Source: an archaeon (GTDB lineage: Archaea; Iainarchaeota; Iainarchaeia; Iainarchaeales; 1-14-0-10-31-34). From it: DNA of 64,000 nt. This document shows, piece after piece, positions 37,401 to 47,972 of this stretch. Below the pieces are notes generated by a model. That model saw only the letters and a program-made list of their open reading frames with translations. It had not been told where the DNA came from and made no database searches. The stretch's first letter is position 1. Each line of letters opens with the position of its first letter. The DNA is taken from positions 1-64,000 of the forward strand of contig JBDRIL010000029.1 of assembly GCA_043815885.1 (NCBI GenBank), written 5' to 3'. The translations under genes were made by a program, and so were the position numbers.

Positions 37401-38333
37401 ATTTCTTCAGAGAATGGAGCTCCTTACTTTGCATTTGACAGGGATGCAGTGAATTTATCCATGTGCTGCAGGTTAAGGACAAAGTTAACTGATACTTATG
37501 TTTTAGAGCATCCTGAAAGCATTAGGTATTGTGGTTTTCAGAATGTTACAATTAATTTGCCTCAGGCTGCTTACAGGGGAGGAAAAGGAAATATAGAGAA
37601 GTGCATTGAGGAAGTAAGGAATACAATGGATTTGGCAATGAAGGCTCATTTAGAGAAAAAGGAATTCATTTCCACTTTAATGAAGGAAAACGGTCCTTTA
37701 TGGCAGGTGGGAAAAGTCTCTCCTGATGGAATTCCTTACCTGGACTTAGATAAAGCTACTTATATTATTGGATTGATTGGATTGAATGAATGCGTTAAGC
37801 ACTTAATTGGAAAGGAACTGCATGAATCAGATGAAGCATTCAAGCTGGGATTAAAGATAATTTCTGCAATGAATTTAAAGACAAAGGAACTGGAAAAAGA
37901 GACAGGGCTTAGAGTTGCATTAGAGGAAAGTCCGGCTGAATCAGCTTCATTGAGGCTGGCGAGAGTTGATTTAAAGGAGTTTCCTGAAAGCAAGGAATAT
38001 GTGAGAGGAAACAAAGAAACAAGGGAAGTGTATTACACTAATTCAATCCATCTCACTCCTGATGCTCCAGTGAGCATTAGTGAGAGAATTGAAAAGCAGG
38101 GAAAGTTTAATCCATTAATTGAGTCAGGAGCAATAACCCATGTATTCTTAGGAGAACAAAGGCCAGAACCAGAGGCAATACTTAATTTAGTGAAAAAGAC
38201 ATGGGAGAACACTCAAAGCGACCAAATAGTTATCTCTCCTGAATTCACTGTGTGTGATGACTGCAACAGAGTAAGCCCTGGCTATAAAAGAAAGAATTTA
38301 GGAGGTAATCGAAATGAAAGAAAAAGAAGTTGA
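34452..38333 (+). CDS. nrdD: NrdR-NrdD fusion: NrdR repressor, second ATP cone and class III RNR core with intein, lacking the glycyl-radical loop
   Basis: [34 protein letters not shown] (NrdR); HLHDL, SRGGQ|T, PFPK, MCCRL, ESPAES, YYTNS (NrdD); ends after CDDC. Confidence 0.93.
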   Translation: MKCPYCGSEESKVVDKRETDDLVSNRRRRECLKCSKRFTTYERIERIELNVVKKDGRREAFNREKLITGITKACEKRPVGREKIEAIVNEIESELLQRKETEIPSREIGELVMQRLKKLDEVAFIRFASVYKTFTDVAEFERELKNLKVVEEKSSGDSTDILLQVATHAAGSTIGWRRSRITEALMKEADLSKDNAEEIAQSVEKKVFASGIKTISVSLIRELVDNELFVRGYEKKLEKQGLIGMPSYNLNQLIYNMSLENSNVRSNSPEAINLAIAENALKQYALREIFSKEVSNAHLKGALHLHDLGYPIRVYCSAHSLEFIKKYGLRLINLSTASTPAKHAHTLTGHLNTFLASMQAYYAGALGISFVNVFYAPYFVGADYKEMRQQAQYLIFSCSQNAFSRGGQSLVPEETIWVKEGEKLKQAGIGELVDEFIELDERKEELIDGTEISRNNFKGIEAISFDEEGKISCKKISAFARIPFKGKIYSITTNKGEVKGVTGSHSVFVWNGRKFEAKKAEELRRNDYIVTALKAKGLVGERNELDLIEFYLNRKEAENEVRVYDTEERFKKALMERYGRSFYKEFEKDTGVKAECVRSNWLRYKKIPLKYYFEFVGNPEEEKLIYKGDSQTVFPARSKVTKSLVKLLGYYVSEGHNSLRSRSFIAVSNKEEKFIESVKECLNELSYHYIVNENKRNGVKTVVIQGILAKIISDLGEEENGVKKIPFIIYNASKELQKEFLNAFHEGDGLKRRNSYAIANTSENVVNGISLLMAMNEKDFHLFKRTYANEKWKPCYELRESLMDNRVIDHKISRELIGRKGFRKELKNLSADIESKGGTKTQQIQLLQMLMEAEVGFARIKEINTCDYEGFVYDVSVPGNESFLGGTGLIFFHNTLFIDFNIHLGIPEFLKKVPAIGPGGKYTGKTYEEYEKEAQLFAKALMDVWREGDGDGKPFPFPKLDLHVNQESFDDPRQFELLKYACLISSENGAPYFAFDRDAVNLSMCCRLRTKLTDTYVLEHPESIRYCGFQNVTINLPQAAYRGGKGNIEKCIEEVRNTMDLAMKAHLEKKEFISTLMKENGPLWQVGKVSPDGIPYLDLDKATYIIGLIGLNECVKHLIGKELHESDEAFKLGLKIISAMNLKTKELEKETGLRVALEESPAESASLRLARVDLKEFPESKEYVRGNKETREVYYTNSIHLTPDAPVSISERIEKQGKFNPLIESGAITHVFLGEQRPEPEAILNLVKKTWENTQSDQIVISPEFTVCDDCNRVSPGYKRKNLGGNRNERKRS
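35676..37133 (+). mobile_element. Intein (486 aa) with LAGLIDADG endonuclease in NrdD
   Basis: Begins SLVPEE after [17 protein letters not shown] and FHEGDG; VYDVSV...FHN followed by Thr. Confidence 0.93.
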
Positions 38334-38472
38334 AGCTGTCTGCCCTCACTGCGGAAGCAAGAATGTATACGGAATAAGCAGGGTAGTGGGATATTATTCA
38401 GTAATAAATAACTGGAATAAAAGCAAACAGGCAGAATTTTCTGACAGACAGAAAGGAGACTATTCATTGTGA
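38314..38472 (+). CDS. Stand-alone NrdD glycyl-radical domain (52 aa; not in ORF track)
   Basis: [60 protein letters not shown] 7 nt before ATG. Confidence 0.9.
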   Translation: MKEKEVEAVCPHCGSKNVYGISRVVGYYSVINNWNKSKQAEFSDRQKGDYSL

Positions 38473-38477
38473 GTTGA

Positions 38478-38729
38478 ATGAATGCAAAAATTTTCTGGAA
38501 AGAAGGCTGTCCAAATTGCCCGGCAGCAAAAGAGTTAGGAAAGAAACTGGAAGAAAAAATTAAAGTAGAGTATCTGAATATAGAGGAAGTGGATGGATTG
38601 GCTGAAGCTTCTTTTCACGGAGTAATGAGCACTCCAACACTGATTGTACTGGATGAAAATGAAAAAGTATTAAAGCAATGGAACGGAGAAGTTCCAAAAG
38701 AAGAAGAAATAAAAGAACTGATTAAATGA
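38478..38729 (+). CDS. Thioredoxin/NrdH-like redoxin
   Basis: CPNC active site, STPTL cis-Pro motif; in the RNR operon. Confidence 0.9.
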   Translation: MNAKIFWKEGCPNCPAAKELGKKLEEKIKVEYLNIEEVDGLAEASFHGVMSTPTLIVLDENEKVLKQWNGEVPKEEEIKELIK

Positions 38730-39454
38730 ATGGAATCGAGATTGTTGGAATCCAGAAGAATTCCTTGATTGATTATCCTGGAAAAATTGTTTCAACTGTT
38801 TTCCTGAATAAATGCACGTTTAGATGCCCTTTCTGCCACAATCCGGAATTAGTATTGAATACTGATTCCAACAGAATTAAGGCAGAGGAATTAATTGAAT
38901 TTTTAGAGAAAGAGAAAAAATGGATTGACGGAATCTGTCTTACTGGTGGAGAGCCAACACTGCATGAAGCTTTACCTGAATTCATTTCCAGAGTAAAGGA
39001 AAAAGGTTTTTTGGTTAAGCTTGACACGAATGGAACCAATCCAGTAATGCTGAAAGAATTAATTGAAGGAAAGAAGCTAGATTACATTGCAATGGACATT
39101 AAAGGCCCTTTAGAGAGATATGAAGAAATTGTGAAAAGCAAGGTGAATGAAAAAGCAATTCAAGAGAGTATTGAATTAATCAGGAATTCAGGAATTGAGT
39201 ATGAGTTCAGGACAACAGTTGTTCCGGAAATATTCTTGGATGGAGATGAAGAAAGAATTGGAGAATGGCTGAAAGGAAGCAAAAAATATGTATTGCAGCA
39301 ATTCAATAATGAACACAAATTATTGGATCATTCATTCCAGCACCTGCAAGCTTTTTCTCCGCAAAAAATGCAGGAAATAAAAGAAAAAATGAATCCCTAT
39401 TTCGAGAAAGTGGAATTAAGAGGGGTTCCAACTGCATTGAAGAAGGAAAATTAA
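38726..39454 (+). CDS. nrdG: Radical SAM anaerobic RNR activating enzyme
   Basis: DYPG, CTFRCPFCHN, TGGEPT, KLDTNG, YEFRTT. Confidence 0.93.
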   Translation: MNGIEIVGIQKNSLIDYPGKIVSTVFLNKCTFRCPFCHNPELVLNTDSNRIKAEELIEFLEKEKKWIDGICLTGGEPTLHEALPEFISRVKEKGFLVKLDTNGTNPVMLKELIEGKKLDYIAMDIKGPLERYEEIVKSKVNEKAIQESIELIRNSGIEYEFRTTVVPEIFLDGDEERIGEWLKGSKKYVLQQFNNEHKLLDHSFQHLQAFSPQKMQEIKEKMNPYFEKVELRGVPTALKKEN

Positions 39455-39933
39455 TTAGATTTCTCTTTGAGCATTTCGTCGTACATTCCGGCGTCAACTT
39501 CTTTGATTACTTTGTTGGGTTTCTTGTTTTCGACTGTTACTCCAAGAGAATAAGCTGTTCCAAGGACTTCTTTTAAAGCGCTTTTAATTTTGTAGGATTT
39601 CATGTTTGAAATCTTCATTTCTGCTATCTTTATTGCCTGCTGAATGGAGAGGTTTCCTGCAACCTCTTCCTTTGGGTTGGCGGAAGCTTTCTGTAAATTT
39701 AATTCCTTTTTAATTAAAGCACTTACTGGAGGGCTTCCAACCTCTATCTCGAAGTTTCTGCGTGAATCAACTTTAACTGTTACTGGAACCTTCATTCCAG
39801 CAAAAGCCTTGGTTTTAGCATTAATCTCTTCCACTATTTTTCCGATATTCACTCCTAAAGGGCCTAGAGCAGGGCCTAAAGGTGTGGCAGCAGTTGCCTT
39901 TCCTCCTTCAATCATTGCTTTAATTTCAGGCAT
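39451..39933 (-). CDS. rpl11: 50S ribosomal protein uL11
   Basis: GGKAT..PLGPALGPLG, FAGMKVPV. Confidence 0.97.
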   Translation of the reverse strand: MPEIKAMIEGGKATAATPLGPALGPLGVNIGKIVEEINAKTKAFAGMKVPVTVKVDSRRNFEIEVGSPPVSALIKKELNLQKASANPKEEVAGNLSIQQAIKIAEMKISNMKSYKIKSALKEVLGTAYSLGVTVENKKPNKVIKEVDAGMYDEMLKEKSN

Positions 39934-39946
39934 AAGAAAATCACTT

Positions 39947-40387
39947 TTATTCCTTTATAATTCTAATATGTTCTGCTCTGATAGTAATTGGAATCTTTAC
40001 TGCTGCTTCAAGCAATTCAACTGTAACCTCTTCCTTTGTATCATTCACTCTAAGGACACGGGCTTTTTCTCCCTTGAAAGGGCCAGTAATTAGCTCTACC
40101 CGCATTCCTTCCTTAATGGACTTCATTAAAGGTTTTGCTTCAAGCAGTGAACTCAACTCATCAATCTTTATCTCTCCTCCAATTATTCCTTTTCCCTTAA
40201 TGTGAGGAGTATTGGTTATTGCCCTTCTTACAGTTAACTCTGAATCCGCTTCAATCAATACATATCCTTTCAGGCCAGGGATAACGCTTAAAGAATAAAT
40301 CCCCAATGCCTCTTCCTTTACCTTATTGGAAAGGATATCCACAACTAGGGATTCCTGTCCTGCAGTTGTTCTAATGGTAAAAATCAT
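39947..40387 (-). CDS. spt5: Transcription elongation factor Spt5 (NusG)
   Basis: TTAGQE, KGYVLIE, KOW GPFKGEKARV. Confidence 0.97.
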   Translation of the reverse strand: MIFTIRTTAGQESLVVDILSNKVKEEALGIYSLSVIPGLKGYVLIEADSELTVRRAITNTPHIKGKGIIGGEIKIDELSSLLEAKPLMKSIKEGMRVELITGPFKGEKARVLRVNDTKEEVTVELLEAAVKIPITIRAEHIRIIKE

Positions 40388-40421
40388 TTTTCTTCAAACC
40401 TTTTTATTTGATTTAAATTTA

Positions 40422-40580
40422 TATCAAAAGACATTAGATATGAAACTTTTTTAATGTCTTTTGATAGCTATCAAAGGACAAATTTTTTATCTATATTTTT
40501 GTCCTTTGATATTAATTTTGGAATAATTTAAAAACCCATCGAGGGTTTTTAAAGCTTTAAAAAATCTTTGATTTTTTAAA
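40422..40580. repeat. Array of four inverted repeats between secE and spt5
   Basis: Arms 40422-36/40452-66, 40469-82/40498-511, 40527-37/40543-53, 40556-66/40570-80. Confidence 0.8.
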
Positions 40581-40616
40581 TAAACTTATTAAAATATGTT
40601 TTGAAAGAAAAAAAAA

Positions 40617-40790
40617 TTATTTTATTCCAAGCATAATGAAAGTCAACATTATGACAAAACCAATTACTCCGATTAAGATTATCCCTAATCCAGTTACCTT
40701 TGACATTACCTTGAATTCATCCATATCCGGTTTTTTAGATACAGTTAGAATTCTTCTAGTGCTTTCCCAGAATTTTCTGAAGTTAAACAT
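40617..40790 (-). CDS. secE: Protein translocase SecE/Sec61 gamma (57 aa; not in ORF track)
   Basis: MFNFRKFWESTRRILTVSKKPDMDEFKVMSKVTGLGIILIGVIGFVI...; between ftsZ and spt5. Confidence 0.93.
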   Translation of the reverse strand: MFNFRKFWESTRRILTVSKKPDMDEFKVMSKVTGLGIILIGVIGFVIMLTFIMLGIK

Positions 40791-40796
40791 ATTTCA

Positions 40797-41927
40797 TCAA
40801 CCAGTAAATTCAATTCCTAAATCAACCATTCCTGTTTCATCAGTTAACTGCTTTATGTCGCCGAGATAAGGGAATTTTCCTCCGGCAACAACAACCATTG
40901 CCTGAATCTGTTTTTTTGGAAGGTCTTCTTCAATCATTGCACCCCAGATGATGTGAGCATTTGGAGAGATTTTAGATGAAACTGCTTCAACAATCATTTC
41001 TGCTTCCCTTAAAGTCATGTCTGTCCCGCCAACAACATTAATCAATGCCTTTCCAGCATCCATTATATCTATATCAAGTAAAGGAGAAGTTAAAGCATTC
41101 TCTACTGCTTCCAATGCACGGGAATCAATTGTTTTTTCAGAACGGCTTTCCCCTAAACCAATCATTGCTGCACCCCCTCTTTCCAGAATTGTCCTCAAAT
41201 CAGCGAAATCTAAATTAATTAATCCTGGCTTGGTGACCATTTCAGTTATTCCTTTTACTGCATTGGTTAAGACTTCATCTGCAACCTTGAATGCAGCATT
41301 TACAGGCAGATCAGGAGCTATCTCAAGGATTTTATCGTTTGGAATGACAATTATTGTGTCTGCCTCTTTCTTTAATTTAGTTAACCCATCCAATGCATTC
41401 TCCATTCTCTTTCTTCCTTCGACTGTAAAAGGAAGAGTGACTACAGCAATAGTTAAAGCCTTTGAATTCTTTGCAATTTTTGATACAAGAGGGCTGGCGC
41501 CTGTACCAGTTCCCCCACCTAAACCACAGGTAATAAAAACCAAATCTGAATCTCCAATCAATTCAATTAATTCTGCTTCAGATTCTTCTGCAGCAGCTTC
41601 TCCAACAGAGGGATTGCTTCCAGAACCTAACCCCCTGGTTAGCTTTCTTCCAATCAAGACTTTCTTGTCTGCAGTTACTGCAAGTAAGTCTTGGGCATCA
41701 GTATTAACTACAATTGTTTCCGCGCCGTGAATTCCAACTTCACTCATTCTGTCAACAGTATTGCTTCCTCCACCACCGACTCCAACTACCCTTATCTTTG
41801 CCTTGCTTGCTTCAAGAATCTTAATTAATTCTTCGTCTTCTTCGCCTCTAACCATTCTCTTTCCTTTTGGGCCGAGCCTTGTTTCGGCTACAGCTCTCCT
41901 CACGGCTTTCTCCACAACACTCTTCAC
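40797..41927 (-). CDS. ftsZ: Cell division protein FtsZ
   Basis: GVGGGGSN, NTDAQ, GGGTGTG, INLDFAD. Confidence 0.98.
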   Translation of the reverse strand: MKSVVEKAVRRAVAETRLGPKGKRMVRGEEDEELIKILEASKAKIRVVGVGGGGSNTVDRMSEVGIHGAETIVVNTDAQDLLAVTADKKVLIGRKLTRGLGSGSNPSVGEAAAEESEAELIELIGDSDLVFITCGLGGGTGTGASPLVSKIAKNSKALTIAVVTLPFTVEGRKRMENALDGLTKLKKEADTIIVIPNDKILEIAPDLPVNAAFKVADEVLTNAVKGITEMVTKPGLINLDFADLRTILERGGAAMIGLGESRSEKTIDSRALEAVENALTSPLLDIDIMDAGKALINVVGGTDMTLREAEMIVEAVSSKISPNAHIIWGAMIEEDLPKKQIQAMVVVAGGKFPYLGDIKQLTDETGMVDLGIEFTG

Positions 41928-42134
41928 ATTAAATCCCCCTCACAATTCCACAAAGTTTTTAGGCTCAATAATTTTCGTATAAATATAATTTGCTCCAAGA
42001 TGATTTAAAAAACTTATTGATTGCACTTTTATTCACTTTCAAAGGAAAACAAAAGTAATAATTTCATGCAAGGAAAAAAATTAAAAGCAATAAGAACAAT
42101 AAAAAAGAGGACTCCCGTCTATAAGTATACATAA

Positions 42135-43603
<1,469 letters not shown>

Positions 43604-43676
43604 ATTCCAAAAAAAACGGAAACAATAAAAAAGCTCTCATCTTTTTTTATAAAGGAAACAGAATTAAAGTGATTAA

Positions 43677-44267
43677 ATGCAAGTAAAAAAAGTGTATTTA
43701 TTGGTGCATCCAATGTATATACTAGATGTTACTGGAGAAAAAAGTAAGTTAAGCAAAGAAGAAATAACGAAATATTTGGAATTAACAGAAAAGAATATCA
43801 AAAAATGGATGAAAATTGCAAAAAAATGTAAAAAAACACCGAATGAAATAATGATAATTATTGGCACAGACTATTTGGTTAACGGAAAGCACCCAGAATC
43901 CAAAACAAAAAAAAGGATTAATTCTTTTGACCCAAGAACAAAGAATATCCTGCTTAAAGCAAAAAAAGAATTAAAGAATAGGCTAATTTATCTGCCTGCA
44001 GATTTTAAGGGAGAATTGGATAAGTTACTTGAAAAAAGGGGCATGAAAATAAACAACAAAACAGCGCTTGAATACTTCGGAGAATATGGATCGCAATGCG
44101 GGGAATACCTTGCGAATATGCTAAAAGAAAAATTTAGTCTTGAGAAAATTTACTACCGCAGAGAAGCGAGCATACATTCTTCAGAAGATTTACGTGCAGA
44201 AGAACATCTAAAGAAAAGACGCTTAAGGTCCTGGTTAAAAAAAGTCAGTTTTAAGAGGCGGTTTTGA
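43677..44267 (+). CDS. Hypothetical Lys-rich protein inside the pyr operon
   Basis: ORF fills the gap; LLVHP and FGEY...C motifs, no confident family. Confidence 0.6.
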   Translation: MQVKKVYLLVHPMYILDVTGEKSKLSKEEITKYLELTEKNIKKWMKIAKKCKKTPNEIMIIIGTDYLVNGKHPESKTKKRINSFDPRTKNILLKAKKELKNRLIYLPADFKGELDKLLEKRGMKINNKTALEYFGEYGSQCGEYLANMLKEKFSLEKIYYRREASIHSSEDLRAEEHLKKRRLRSWLKKVSFKRRF

Positions 44268-44270
44268 AAA

Positions 44271-45182
44271 ATGCTTGAAACAGAATTAATCGGAAGAAGG
44301 CTGAAGAATCCGACAATACTGGCTTCAGGCATTCTTGGAATGAGCAGTTCTTCTTTAATAAATGTAATAAATAACGGTGCCGGAGCTGTAACTACAAAGA
44401 GTTTTTCTTTAAAGGAAAGAAAAGGACATAAGAATCCAATCTTATGCGAATTTGATGGAGGATTCATTAATGCAGTTGGATTAAGCAATCCAGGAATAGA
44501 GGAAATGAAAAAAGAGATTAATGAATTCAAGAAGAAATGCAATGCTCCGCTAATTGCAAGTGTTTTTGCTGAAAGAATGAATGAGTTTGGAGAGATTGTG
44601 GAGAAAACCTCTGAATTAAAGCCTGATTTCATTGAATTGAATATCTCCTGCCCAAACGTGGATGAAGAAATGGGAAAGCCATTTGCATGCAATAAAGAGA
44701 GTGCAATGCAGGTAACAGAAATCGCGAGAGAGAGAACAAAAATTCCCTTAATTGTAAAGCTCTCTCCAAATGTAGATGATATTACAGTAATTGCAAAGGC
44801 AGCGGAAGAAGCAGGAGCAAATGCAATAAATGCAATTAATACTCTTGGGCCGGGAATGGTAATTGATGTTAAGACAGGAAAACCAATTCTTGCAAATAAA
44901 TTCGGTGGAGTGAGCGGAAAAGCAGTTAAGCCGATTACTGTGGCAAGTGTTTACAAGATTTATGAAAAAGTGAATATTCCAATAATTGGAACTGGAGGGG
45001 TTGCTAAAGGAGAGGATGCAGTGGAATTATTAATGGCAGGGGCTTCTGCTGTAGGCATAGGAACAGGAGTTTATTACCGAGGAATAGATGTATTCAAGAA
45101 AGTGTGCGAGGAAATGAAGAAATTCATGAAAGAAAACGGATACAGGAATATAAAGGAATTAGTGGGGAAAGCGCATGAATGA
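44271..45182 (+). CDS. pyrD: Dihydroorotate dehydrogenase 1B catalytic subunit
   Basis: ASG, NAVGLSNPG, NISCPN, VKLSPN, GGVSG. Confidence 0.97.
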   Translation: MLETELIGRRLKNPTILASGILGMSSSSLINVINNGAGAVTTKSFSLKERKGHKNPILCEFDGGFINAVGLSNPGIEEMKKEINEFKKKCNAPLIASVFAERMNEFGEIVEKTSELKPDFIELNISCPNVDEEMGKPFACNKESAMQVTEIARERTKIPLIVKLSPNVDDITVIAKAAEEAGANAINAINTLGPGMVIDVKTGKPILANKFGGVSGKAVKPITVASVYKIYEKVNIPIIGTGGVAKGEDAVELLMAGASAVGIGTGVYYRGIDVFKKVCEEMKKFMKENGYRNIKELVGKAHE

Positions 45183-45969
45183 ATTACAGAAACCAGAAGT
45201 AATTCCAATAAAGAAAGTAATAGAAGAAGCTGAGGACTTAAAGACATTTGTTTTTGAGAAAGAATTGAATGCAGTTCCAGGACAGATTGTAATGGTTTGG
45301 ATTCCTGAAGTCGGAGAGAAACCTTTTGGGGTTTCAATGCAGGGGAAAAAGGAATTCGGGATTACAGTGAAAAAAAGAGGTTCTTTCACTGAGAGAATGC
45401 ATGAATTAAAGGAAGGAGATTTGGTCGGGATAAGAGGCCCTTATGGAAATGGATTTGAATTAAAAGGAAAAATAATTTTTTGTATTGCCGGAGGTTATGG
45501 AGCGGCTCCACTGCTTTTCTTGGCTACAGAGGCAAGAAAGAAGAAAATGAAGGTAACTTTTTTGCAGGGGGCAAGGACAAAAAAATTCCTGCTTTATGAA
45601 AATAAATTAAAGAAAGAAGGAATTGATGCAAGGGTTTGTACGGATGACGGAAGCAAGGGAAGGAAAGGAAATGTATGTGATGGGTTGGAGGAAATTGGTT
45701 TAAAGAAATTTGATTGCGTTTACTGTGTTGGGCCGGAAAAAATGATGAATGAAGTCGTGGAGTTATGTGAAAAGGCCAAGGTTGAAGTTCAGGTGAGTCT
45801 TGAAAGGCACTGGAAGTGCGGTTATGGTTTGTGCGGGAACTGCTGTGTTGACGGAACTGGAGAGAGAACGTGTGTTGAAGGCCCTGTTTTCAGCGGAAAG
45901 AAATTAAAGAAAATAACTGAATTCGGGAAGCATCATAGAAGCAGTTCAGGAAAGAAGGAAGAAATATGA
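45175..45969 (+). CDS. pyrK: Dihydroorotate dehydrogenase electron transfer subunit
   Basis: RGPYGNGF, AGGYG, TDDGS, CGYGLCGNC...C.EGPVF. Confidence 0.95.
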   Translation: MNELQKPEVIPIKKVIEEAEDLKTFVFEKELNAVPGQIVMVWIPEVGEKPFGVSMQGKKEFGITVKKRGSFTERMHELKEGDLVGIRGPYGNGFELKGKIIFCIAGGYGAAPLLFLATEARKKKMKVTFLQGARTKKFLLYENKLKKEGIDARVCTDDGSKGRKGNVCDGLEEIGLKKFDCVYCVGPEKMMNEVVELCEKAKVEVQVSLERHWKCGYGLCGNCCVDGTGERTCVEGPVFSGKKLKKITEFGKHHRSSSGKKEEI

Positions 45970-47291
45970 GTCTGCTAATAAAAAATGGAAGAATCTTTTT
46001 TCAGGGAAGACTGATTGATGAGGATATTTTAATTGAAGGAGATAAGATAGAAGAGATTGGTTCAATTGAGGAAGCAGATGAAGTTATTGATGCAGGGGGA
46101 AAGATTGTATTGCCTGGGGCAATTGACTGTCATGTGCATTTCCGTGAACCAGGAATGGAATGGAAAGGAGACTGGAATTCAGAGAGCAAAGCTGCAGCAA
46201 AGGGAGGAGTTACCACTGTACTTGAAATGCCTAATACCAAACCCCCAACTGCAACTGTAAAGGATTTGGAGGAAAAGAGAAAGATTGCTTCAAGGAAGAG
46301 TGTAGTGAATTATGGATTGTTTTTTGGGGCGACAAATAATAATTTCAGGGAAATTGAAAAAGCAGAGGGGATTGCCGGAATTAAAGTTTATATGGGTTCA
46401 ACCACAGGAGACTTATTGGTTACAGAAGACACTGCTTTAAGGCAGGTATTTCAAAAGGGGAAAAAAAAGGAAAAGGTTGTGGCAGTTCATGCAGAGGAAG
46501 AAGAAGAATTAAAGAATGATTTAAAGGAAGCAAAGCGGTTTGGATGGAATAAGGCTGAATTTCACGACGGAATAAGGAGCAAAATGGCTGCAGTAAAGGC
46601 AGTGAAAAAGGCATTGGAGTTACAGAAAGAGGTTGGGAATAAGCTTCACTTCTGTCATGTAACCACCTCAGAGGAATTCAGGGAAATCGAGAGATGCAAG
46701 GCAATAAGAAAAAACATTACCTGTGAGGTTACGCCTCATCACTTGTTTTTAACTCATAAGATTGCAAAGGAGAGAGGAAATTACTCTAAAGTTAATCCTC
46801 CTTTGAGGCTGAGAACAGACCAGATAGCGTTAATGAGAGGGATAAATTTTGGAGTAATTGATTTAATTGCAACAGACCATGCCCCGCATACAAAAGAAGA
46901 AAAGGAAAAAGGTTATTGGGAGGCGCCAGCAGGAATGCCTGGGGTAGAGACAATGATGCCATTAATGCTTAATGCAGTGAATGAAGGAAAAATAACCCTG
47001 GAAAAATTAATTGAATTGGTTTCTATCAATCCCTGCAGGGTTTATGGAATAAAGAATAAGGGAATGATAGAGGAAGGAAGGGATGCAGACTTAATTGTGG
47101 TTGACTTAAATAAAGAACAAAAAATAAAGGAAGAAGAATTATTCACTAAATGCAAGTGGAGCCTTTTTGATGGAATGAAACTAAAAGGAGCAGTGGAAAA
47201 AACAATAGTGAATGGGAAAATTATTTATAGTGATGGCAGTATAATTAATGAAAGCAAAGGAAGAGAAGTGGAATTTGAGGGAGAGGATTAA
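45966..47291 (+). CDS. pyrC: Dihydroorotase
   Basis: DCHVHFREPG, MPNT, PHHL, KVNPPLR, TDHAPH. Confidence 0.95.
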   Translation: MSLLIKNGRIFFQGRLIDEDILIEGDKIEEIGSIEEADEVIDAGGKIVLPGAIDCHVHFREPGMEWKGDWNSESKAAAKGGVTTVLEMPNTKPPTATVKDLEEKRKIASRKSVVNYGLFFGATNNNFREIEKAEGIAGIKVYMGSTTGDLLVTEDTALRQVFQKGKKKEKVVAVHAEEEEELKNDLKEAKRFGWNKAEFHDGIRSKMAAVKAVKKALELQKEVGNKLHFCHVTTSEEFREIERCKAIRKNITCEVTPHHLFLTHKIAKERGNYSKVNPPLRLRTDQIALMRGINFGVIDLIATDHAPHTKEEKEKGYWEAPAGMPGVETMMPLMLNAVNEGKITLEKLIELVSINPCRVYGIKNKGMIEEGRDADLIVVDLNKEQKIKEEELFTKCKWSLFDGMKLKGAVEKTIVNGKIIYSDGSIINESKGREVEFEGED

Positions 47292-47972
47292 ATGGAGAAG
47301 TATAAAGAGGACTTCATTAAGTTCCTGATTGAAAGCAAGGCACTGGCTTTTGGAGAATTCACCTTAAAGAGCGGAAGAAAGAGCCCTTACTTCATTAACA
47401 CCGGAATGTTTGATTCAGGGGAAAAAATAGCAAAACTTGGATTCTATTATGCGAATAAGATTACAAAGGAATTCAGTAAAAAAGATTACGATATAATTTA
47501 CGGTCCTGCCTATAAAGGAATTCCCCTTGCATTAACTACTGCAATTTCTCTGGCAAAGGATTTTGGAATAGATAAAGGATATTCTTTTAACAGAAAGGAA
47601 GAAAAAGAACACGGAGATAAAGGCGCAGTAGTCGGGGCAAAAATAAAGGAAGGAGCAAAAATAATAATACTGGATGATGTATTCACTACAGGAGAAACAA
47701 AAGAGGAAACAATAGAGTTACTGAATTCAATAGGAAAAATAGAATATGTCTGTGTATTAATTGCAGTTGACAGAAAGGAAGTAGGAGTGGAAGGAAGTTC
47801 AGCAATAAAGGAATTCGAGAAAAAGCACGGGATTCCAGTGAAATCAGTAGTGAATATAAGGGAAATAATTGAATTCCTGCACAATAAAGAGATTAATGGA
47901 AAAGTTTATGTAAATGATGAAGTAAAGAAGGAAATGGAAGCATATCTTGAAAAATATGGAGTGAAGGAATGA
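47292..47972 (+). CDS. pyrE: Orotate phosphoribosyltransferase
   Basis: FTLKSGRKSPYF, GPAYKGI, RKEEKEHG, LDDVFTTG. Confidence 0.96.
   Translation: MEKYKEDFIKFLIESKALAFGEFTLKSGRKSPYFINTGMFDSGEKIAKLGFYYANKITKEFSKKDYDIIYGPAYKGIPLALTTAISLAKDFGIDKGYSFNRKEEKEHGDKGAVVGAKIKEGAKIIILDDVFTTGETKEETIELLNSIGKIEYVCVLIAVDRKEVGVEGSSAIKEFEKKHGIPVKSVVNIREIIEFLHNKEINGKVYVNDEVKKEMEAYLEKYGVKE

Noticed and set aside
40636..40869. 77-aa plus-strand ORF
   Set aside because: Antisense to secE (40617-40790), which has clear motif and synteny support
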